Shown piece after piece: positions 17,416 through 22,935 of a stretch of DNA of 22,935 nucleotides. A program made the translations under genes and the position numbers. Source of the DNA: Gemmatimonadota bacterium (GTDB lineage Bacteria; Gemmatimonadota; Gemmatimonadetes; Gemmatimonadales; GWC2-71-9); the NCBI GenBank assembly GCA_039586365.1, contig JBDHKN010000072.1:1-22935 (forward strand), in the 5' to 3' direction. Position 1 is the stretch's first letter. Each line of letters begins with the position of its first letter. Below the pieces are notes generated by a model. That model ran no database searches, was not told the DNA's origin, and worked only from the letters and a program-made list of their open reading frames with translations.

Positions 17416-18647
17416 CTCAACCATGGAAGACAGATAAATGGTTCACCAGCTCCTGGAACTACTTACCAGAGGTGACTCAGGGCTTTGCTTTCCCCAATGA
17501 GATCAAGATCCATGACATGACTCTACGGGATGGAGAGCAGCAAGCAGGTATCGAGCTACGAAAGGAAGACAAGGTTCGCATAGCGGAAGTGCTGGCCGAA
17601 TTGGGGGTCCATCGTATAGAAGCCGGTATGCCTGCGGTCTCCGAACAGGATGAGGAGGCGATCAAGGAGATCGTGAAACGCGATCTGGGGCCAGAGATAT
17701 TCGCCTTCTGCCGCTGCATGGTGAGCGATGTGGAACGAGCCGGCGATTGCGGAGTGGATGGCATCGTGGTAGAGATACCGACCAGTCGACACCTTATAGA
17801 GAATGCCTACCAGTGGCCTCTGGAGAGAGCACTCGAACAATCGGTGAAGGCCACCAGCCGAGCCCAGGAGTTAGGCCTGTACACGTCGTTCTTCACCATC
17901 GACGCGACGAGAGAAGACATGAACTGGCTTCTTGATTTCATCGATGATGTAGCCGCCCAGGGTCATATGGACAGCCTCGTCCTGGTAGATACGATGGGAG
18001 TCTGCACGCCTCAAGCTATACAGTATTTTGTGCAAAGAGTGAAAGAAAGAGTGGATAAGCCGCTGGAGGCGCATTTTCACAACGATTTTGGCCTTGCCGT
18101 GGCCAATACCCTGGTCGCCTTGGCCAACGGAGTCGAGGTGGCGCATACTTCAATTTGTGGCGTGGGAGAGAGGTCTGGGGCTGCGGCGCTGGAAGATGTG
18201 GTGTTGGGGCTTCTGACCCTATACGGAATTGACCTGGGCCTGAGTTACGATAGGCTTTACGAGCTGGCTCAGATGACAGTTGGGCTTTGCAGGCATCGGC
18301 TGCCTCAGAACAAGTCCATTGTGGGGGAGGCGCTATTCTCCGTCGAGTCGGGGATAGTCGCCATGTGGCTGGATAGATGCACCGGGCCGCTAGCCACCGA
18401 GGTTTTTCCCCTTCACTGGGAACTGATGGGCCACAACCCTCCCCAAGTGGTCCTGGGCAAAGGTGCGGGCCAGGCCTCCATCGTGTCTTGGTTAGAAAAG
18501 CTGGGCTTAGAGGCTTCCGAGGAGGAGATGGAGCGCCTCCTACCGTTGGTGAAGGAGAAAGCGATGGCAAAGAGAGGTCTGCTAACGGAGGAGGAATTCG
18601 AAGACTTGGCGCGGGGAATCTTGGGGCACAGTTCGGATCGGGCTTAA
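17412..18647 (+). CDS. DRE-TIM metallolyase, LeuA/homocitrate/citramalate synthase-like, lacking the C-terminal regulatory domain
   Basis: SD GGAGG; ATGA overlap with the upstream gene; DMTLRDGEQ, IEAG.P, DTMG, HFHNDFGLAVAN, GVGERSG, NKSIVG...F..ESGI, LGK..G; 411 aa. Confidence 0.88.
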   Translation: MTQPWKTDKWFTSSWNYLPEVTQGFAFPNEIKIHDMTLRDGEQQAGIELRKEDKVRIAEVLAELGVHRIEAGMPAVSEQDEEAIKEIVKRDLGPEIFAFCRCMVSDVERAGDCGVDGIVVEIPTSRHLIENAYQWPLERALEQSVKATSRAQELGLYTSFFTIDATREDMNWLLDFIDDVAAQGHMDSLVLVDTMGVCTPQAIQYFVQRVKERVDKPLEAHFHNDFGLAVANTLVALANGVEVAHTSICGVGERSGAAALEDVVLGLLTLYGIDLGLSYDRLYELAQMTVGLCRHRLPQNKSIVGEALFSVESGIVAMWLDRCTGPLATEVFPLHWELMGHNPPQVVLGKGAGQASIVSWLEKLGLEASEEEMERLLPLVKEKAMAKRGLLTEEEFEDLARGILGHSSDRA

Positions 18648-18880
18648 TCACGCATGCACGCCAGAGTGGCGAGACATGAACAGTGCGGGCGTCTAAGCAG
18701 CACTGTGTATGGACGGGCCTTTGTTGGATGGCCTCTGTTGCGAAGTTCGAGGACCACAGTAGTGCGAAAAGAATCGATGCGGTGATAGATGGATGCGGAT
18801 AGTTTGAGTTCCATCGAGCCTGTCCCTGTGAGAGCACGACTGATCAAGAGCCCGCTCGACGGGTGGTGAGTACAGTAGTC

Positions 18881-20278
18881 ATGATGGACACCAAGATTCT
18901 CAGAGAGTTGGGGCTGATAGTAGGAGAAAGGGACCTGCTTACCTCGCCAGAGGATTTGGTCTGCTACTCCTATGATGCATCTCAACCTACCTTGGATCAA
19001 CTGCCGAGCGCCGTTCTCAACGCCGATTCAACGGAGGAGGTGGCCGCCATCGTCCGGCTGGCCAATCGAAGACGTTTCGCGGTAGTCCCGCGCGGGTCGG
19101 GCACCAATCTGAGCGGCGGCGCCATCCCGCTGCGAGGAGCTGTAGTGCTGAATCTTGGTCGCATGAAGCGGATCTTGGAGCTCGATGCGGACAACCTGAC
19201 CGCCACTGTGGAGGCCGGGGTCATAACCGACCAGTTGCTAGCCGCGGTAGAGGCCGAGGGGCTACTGTATCCTCCAGATCCAGCCAGTTCCTCGGTGTCA
19301 AGCATCGGGGGCAACGTGGCCGAGAACGCCGGAGGTCTGAGGGGCCTGAAGTATGGAGTAACCGGCGACTACGTATTGGGGTTAGAAGTAGTCCTGCCCA
19401 CCGGGGAGGTCATAGTCACGGGCGGGAAATGCTTCAAGGATGTGGCTGGTTATGACCTGACATCGTTATTCGTGGGTTCCGAAGGCACTCTGGGTGTGGT
19501 CACCAAGATCACGGTGAGATTGATCCCTCCTCCACAGGCCAAACGCACCTTGCTCGCCCTTTACCGTCAGGTGGAGGAAGCTTCCCGCTCTGTGTCAGGA
19601 ATAATCGCCGCTCACCTGATCCCGGCCACCTTGGAGATCTTGGACGGTACTACCATCAGATACGTGGAGGAGTTCAAAGGCCTCGGTCTACCTGTGGACT
19701 TGGGAGCCATACTCCTGATCGAGGTTGATGGGCGCCCGACAGAGGTGGAGGAAGAATCCTCACGTGTAGCCGAGATCTGCCGCAGCCTGGGCGCCACTGA
19801 GGTAAGCATTGCCTCCAGCGAGGAAGAGGCCCTGCAACTCAGGGAGGCACGGAAGGCCGCTTTGCCCGCCTTGGCCCGGGTCCGCCCGACCACGATCCTG
19901 GAGGATGTTACGGTGCCCCGCAGTCAGTTGGCACCTATGGTGAAGAAGGTTAGAGAGATCGCTCAGCATCACGACGTCTCAATTGCCGTGTTCGGCCACG
20001 CGGGGGACGGCAATCTTCACCCCACCTGCATGACCGATGAACGGGACCGAGAGGAGATGGAGCGCGTGCAGGCAGCCCTGACTGAGATCTTTGCCACGGC
20101 CCTGGAATTGGGGGGAACCATCACCGGGGAACACGGCATCGGCCTTAAGAAGCGACCCTTCTTGCCTCAGGCGGTAGGTCAGGCCAGGTTAGAAGCGATG
20201 GTCAGGATCAAGAATGTGTTGGATCCCCAAGGCATTCTGAACCCCGGCAAGATATTCAGGGAAGCGGGTCCAACATGA
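18881..20278 (+). CDS. glcD: FAD-linked 2-hydroxy-acid dehydrogenase (glycolate oxidase subunit GlcD / D-lactate dehydrogenase-like)
   Basis: YSYDA, PRGSGTNLSGG, YPPDPAS, GGNVAENAGG....KYG, GSEGTLG, FGHAGDGNLHP, GTITGEHGIG, LNPGK. The start is 18863, 18881 or 18884. Confidence 0.88.
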   Translation: MMDTKILRELGLIVGERDLLTSPEDLVCYSYDASQPTLDQLPSAVLNADSTEEVAAIVRLANRRRFAVVPRGSGTNLSGGAIPLRGAVVLNLGRMKRILELDADNLTATVEAGVITDQLLAAVEAEGLLYPPDPASSSVSSIGGNVAENAGGLRGLKYGVTGDYVLGLEVVLPTGEVIVTGGKCFKDVAGYDLTSLFVGSEGTLGVVTKITVRLIPPPQAKRTLLALYRQVEEASRSVSGIIAAHLIPATLEILDGTTIRYVEEFKGLGLPVDLGAILLIEVDGRPTEVEEESSRVAEICRSLGATEVSIASSEEEALQLREARKAALPALARVRPTTILEDVTVPRSQLAPMVKKVREIAQHHDVSIAVFGHAGDGNLHPTCMTDERDREEMERVQAALTEIFATALELGGTITGEHGIGLKKRPFLPQAVGQARLEAMVRIKNVLDPQGILNPGKIFREAGPT

Positions 20279-21429
20279 TTGCCGGCCAAGTCTATGACCA
20301 GATTGTGAGTTGCATGCGTTGCGCCTATTGTTCGCCCACTTGTCCCAGCTATCTCTCCTTGGAGACGGAGCGAGCCTCTCCTCGCGGGAAGATCGCCCTC
20401 ATTCGGGCCTTTGCAGAGGGACGTCTTGCCCTCTCGAGCAATTTGGCCAGTCAAGTATACCAATGCCTTGACTGTGAACTCTGTACACTGAAGTGCCCGG
20501 GAGGAGTGAATATCGCTGAGATACTCAGAGAGGCGAAGAGGATCCTGACCCAAAGCGAGTTCTTCCCTCCAAGCTTGGCTGGATTGCACACCCGAATATC
20601 TGAAACAGGCAATATCGCTGGGGAGGCTGCGGAGAATCGTCTCCTGTGGTGTCAAGACTATGGCGAGATACTCCAGGAAGTGGTAGGAGCAAGGGGCGCA
20701 GAGGTCATTCTCTTTGTAGGTTGTGTAGCATCTCTCTTTCCTACGGCCTATTCCCTCTGTCGGAGCCTAATAGAGATCATGCTCAAGATGGGGATAGACT
20801 TCAGCATCTTGGGAGACGGGGAGGTCTGCTGCGGCTACCCCCTGTTGCTCGCTGGTTTGCCCCCCGACGATCAGATAGAGCGTAACACGACTCTACTTGC
20901 GACCCTGGGCGCCACCAAGTTGGTTACGGCCTGTCCCTCCTGCTTCTACACGTTCAAGGAGCTTTATCCAGAACTCGGCATGGAGCTGTGGCACACCAGT
21001 GAATTCTTGCTCCAGATTCTGGAGGAGCGGGCCCTTGCCCTGAGACCCTTCCCCAAGAAGGTCACCTATCATGATCCCTGTGATCTGGGCCGCAAGAGCG
21101 GGATCTACGAGGCACCGCGGCAAGTTCTCCAGTCCATCCCGGGATTGGAGTTGGTGGAGATGGAAGCCAACCGGGCGGAGGCATTCTGCTGTGGTGGCGG
21201 CGGCAACATGGAGAGCATCGATCCGGCCTTGTCGGCTACCATTGCCGACAGGAGGCTAGCCCAGGCTCAGGCCGTAGGCGCGGAGGTGATAGCCAGTGCT
21301 TGCCAGCAATGCGAACGCACCCTGGCCATGGCTGCCCGCCGAGCCAAGGCCAGGATCAGGGTGGTGGATATCGCCCAGTTGGTCCGGGAGGCGATGGACG
21401 GTGGAAGGCAGGAGCAAGGTGCTGGCTAG
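20275..21429 (+). CDS. Fe-S oxidoreductase subunit (GlcF/HdrD-like: 2x[4Fe-4S] plus two CCG domains)
   Basis: CMRCAYCSPTCP, CLDCELCTLKCP, FVGC, EVCCG, ACPSC, YHDPCDLGR, CCGGGG, ACQQC. ATGA overlap with glcD. Confidence 0.9.
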   Translation: MIAGQVYDQIVSCMRCAYCSPTCPSYLSLETERASPRGKIALIRAFAEGRLALSSNLASQVYQCLDCELCTLKCPGGVNIAEILREAKRILTQSEFFPPSLAGLHTRISETGNIAGEAAENRLLWCQDYGEILQEVVGARGAEVILFVGCVASLFPTAYSLCRSLIEIMLKMGIDFSILGDGEVCCGYPLLLAGLPPDDQIERNTTLLATLGATKLVTACPSCFYTFKELYPELGMELWHTSEFLLQILEERALALRPFPKKVTYHDPCDLGRKSGIYEAPRQVLQSIPGLELVEMEANRAEAFCCGGGGNMESIDPALSATIADRRLAQAQAVGAEVIASACQQCERTLAMAARRAKARIRVVDIAQLVREAMDGGRQEQGAG

Positions 21430-21521
21430 GGATGCTCTCGATGGAGGCGACGTGCGGTGGATGAGTCGTGCCGTCACGTCGGGGAACTGCGGGCACCGCG
21501 ATCGTCTTGCGCCCATCATGC

Positions 21522-22157
21522 CCACAGGTGGCCGGTGCCTCAAACACTCCCCAGGGAGTAGCTCTCTCGCCTATACTGCGTCACTAGAGCCCCGACGGAT
21601 GCTGCCAGCCCCATGAACGAAGGGTGCTTCCGCCCCTTTTCCCGTGCGCGTGCCGCTAGGAACGGTGCTCAAGACATTGCCTAAGTGCGGTGGCTGGAGC
21701 AAACGTGGAGATCAGCATACGCAACGCGGGTCTACCCCTCCGAGCCTTAGCTCAGATCTGTTCGGGGAGAATCCCTGCTGCTTGCGGAGGGGCCATTACT
21801 AACCTCATGGCCGGTGGCCCCTTGGACGGAACCGAAGGATCCTGGGCATACTATGAGACGATGGGCACGGCAGCCGGGCCGTGCCAGGGAGCCGACAGGG
21901 TCGATGGCATTCACTGCGACATGACCAACACCTTGAATACTCCCATCGAATCCCCGGAGCACTACTATCCTATTGAGATGACCCAGTACGGATTTCGGGA
22001 GAGCAGTGCGGGGGCGGGAGAATGCTGGGGAGGCTATGAGTCTCCACGACAACGAGATGCAGGAGCAGTGATCGAGGATCTGCGTAAGGGTCTCACTAGC
22101 AATGAGGCACCTCGCCCAATGTATGGGTTGCGACCAGACGAGACACATGAGCCATAG
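21522..22157 (+). pseudogene. Degraded hydantoinase B / 5-oxoprolinase beta-subunit fragment
   Basis: Family motifs spread across frames: PQVAGASNTP, PMNEGCFRPF followed by a frameshift at the TTTT run (~21637-21640), PVRVPLGTVL, AVAGANVEIS, YYETMG, MTNTLNTPIE..E..YP, then a jump to the C-terminal-like YESPRQRD..AVIEDLRKGLTS. The N-terminal half is absent. Confidence 0.85.
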
Positions 22158-22255
22158 CACCAGAAGCCGGTAGGCGTTGGCTTCAAGCATCATGACGACG
22201 AGATAACGGTCGTAGCGATATGATTAGTCAGCGTTCCGAGCGAGGAGGAAACAAC

Positions 22256-22935
22256 GTGCCAGGTTTCACTAGCCGTCCAGTCATCATGGGGTCGCGGGGC
22301 GTCGTGACCGCGGGGCATTACCTGGCCACCACCGCTGGCTTTCGCATAATGGAGCAGGGCGGTAACGCTGTGGACGCGGCGGCGGCAATGTGCTTCTGCC
22401 TGAACGCGTTGGAGCCACAGAGCAACGGGATCGGCGGCGAGGTCCCGATGCTGATCTACTCCGCGAGGGAAGGAAAGGTCTTCGCGATCAGCGGCGTGGG
22501 CTGGTCCCCCAAAGCGTTCACCATTGAGTGGTGCCATGAGCACAGCATTGACCTCATCCCCGGCGACGGGTACTTGCCAGCATGCGTTCCCGCGGTGGTG
22601 GACACGTGGGCGACAGCGCTCATGCGATTTGGAACCATGAGTCTTGCGCAGGTCCTTGCACCCGCGATCGAATTGGCGGAGAAAGGGTTTCCCGTCTACG
22701 ACGGTTTGCGCAGCAGTATCTCCTCGAATGTGAGCAAGTTCACCGAGGCCTATCCGACTACAGGTGAGGTCTATTGCCCCGGGGGGCGTGTACCTGAGGT
22801 GGGCGAGCTCTTGCGCAACCCGGAGTGGGCGAATATGCTGAAGTTGCTATGCCGAGCTGAACGGGCAGCGCAGCACAAGGGGCGCATCGCAGGTATCGAA
22901 GCGGCGAGGGACGTCTTCTACAAAGGAGAAATAGC
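22256..22935 (+). CDS. Gamma-glutamyltransferase family protein (cytoplasmic type), 5' part, truncated by the window end
   Basis: SD GAGGAGG before GTG 22256. Hand translation: MPGFTSRPVIMGSRGVVTAGHYLATTAGFRIMEQGGNAVDAAAA...EPQSNGIGGE...VPAVVDTW...RFGTMSLAQVLAPAIELAEKGFPV...FYKGEI. The frame is open to the window edge, so it is missing from the ORF track. Confidence 0.92.
   Translation, partial: MPGFTSRPVIMGSRGVVTAGHYLATTAGFRIMEQGGNAVDAAAAMCFCLNALEPQSNGIGGEVPMLIYSAREGKVFAISGVGWSPKAFTIEWCHEHSIDLIPGDGYLPACVPAVVDTWATALMRFGTMSLAQVLAPAIELAEKGFPVYDGLRSSISSNVSKFTEAYPTTGEVYCPGGRVPEVGELLRNPEWANMLKLLCRAERAAQHKGRIAGIEAARDVFYKGEI

Noticed and set aside
17412..18647. Gene symbol leuA, nifV or cimA
   Set aside because: No regulatory domain, atypical motifs and no biosynthetic neighbours.
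15367..21429. Autotrophic 3HP/4HB or 3HP carbon-fixation cluster
   Set aside because: No carboxylase, malonyl-CoA reductase or 4-hydroxybutyryl-CoA dehydratase is present; one homologous ligase is not enough.
21946..21954. TCGAATCCC match to the tRNA T-arm as a possible attR
   Set aside because: Only 9 bp, and it lies inside the PIES coding motif of the hydantoinase relic; likely chance.

Overview
GC-rich bacterial window; every credible gene is on the + strand. A Chloroflexota-like host is a tentative inference from the Tat-lipoprotein with a Pro/Thr linker. The window opens with tRNA-Gly(CCC) (72-144), followed by a truncated tyrosine-integrase N-terminus, which suggests a decayed integration site. 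Next is a FadR/GntR regulator with a perfect sigma70 promoter that probably gives a leaderless mRNA. Module 1 (1754-13359) is a complete Dpp/Opp-type ABC importer followed by an uncharacterised Cys-rich TIM-barrel-like protein, a creatininase-family amidase, a GSAM-like class III aminotransferase, an Amidohydro_2 enzyme, a Gfo/Idh/MocA dehydrogenase and RidA. It looks like an uncharacterised catabolic pathway for an N-containing solute. Module 2 (13863-21429) holds a PaaK-like CoA ligase, a beta-alpha fused ADP-forming acyl-CoA synthetase, a DRE-TIM Claisen-type enzyme without a regulatory domain, and a GlcD/GlcF-like 2-hydroxy-acid dehydrogenase. From memory, the synthetase resembles the thaumarchaeal 3-hydroxypropionate-CoA ligase. 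The window ends with a hydantoinase B/oxoprolinase pseudogene and the 5' part of a gamma-glutamyltransferase-family gene that is absent from the ORF track. No CRISPR array, rRNA or intact mobile element was seen. All family calls come from motif recognition by eye; no database search was run.
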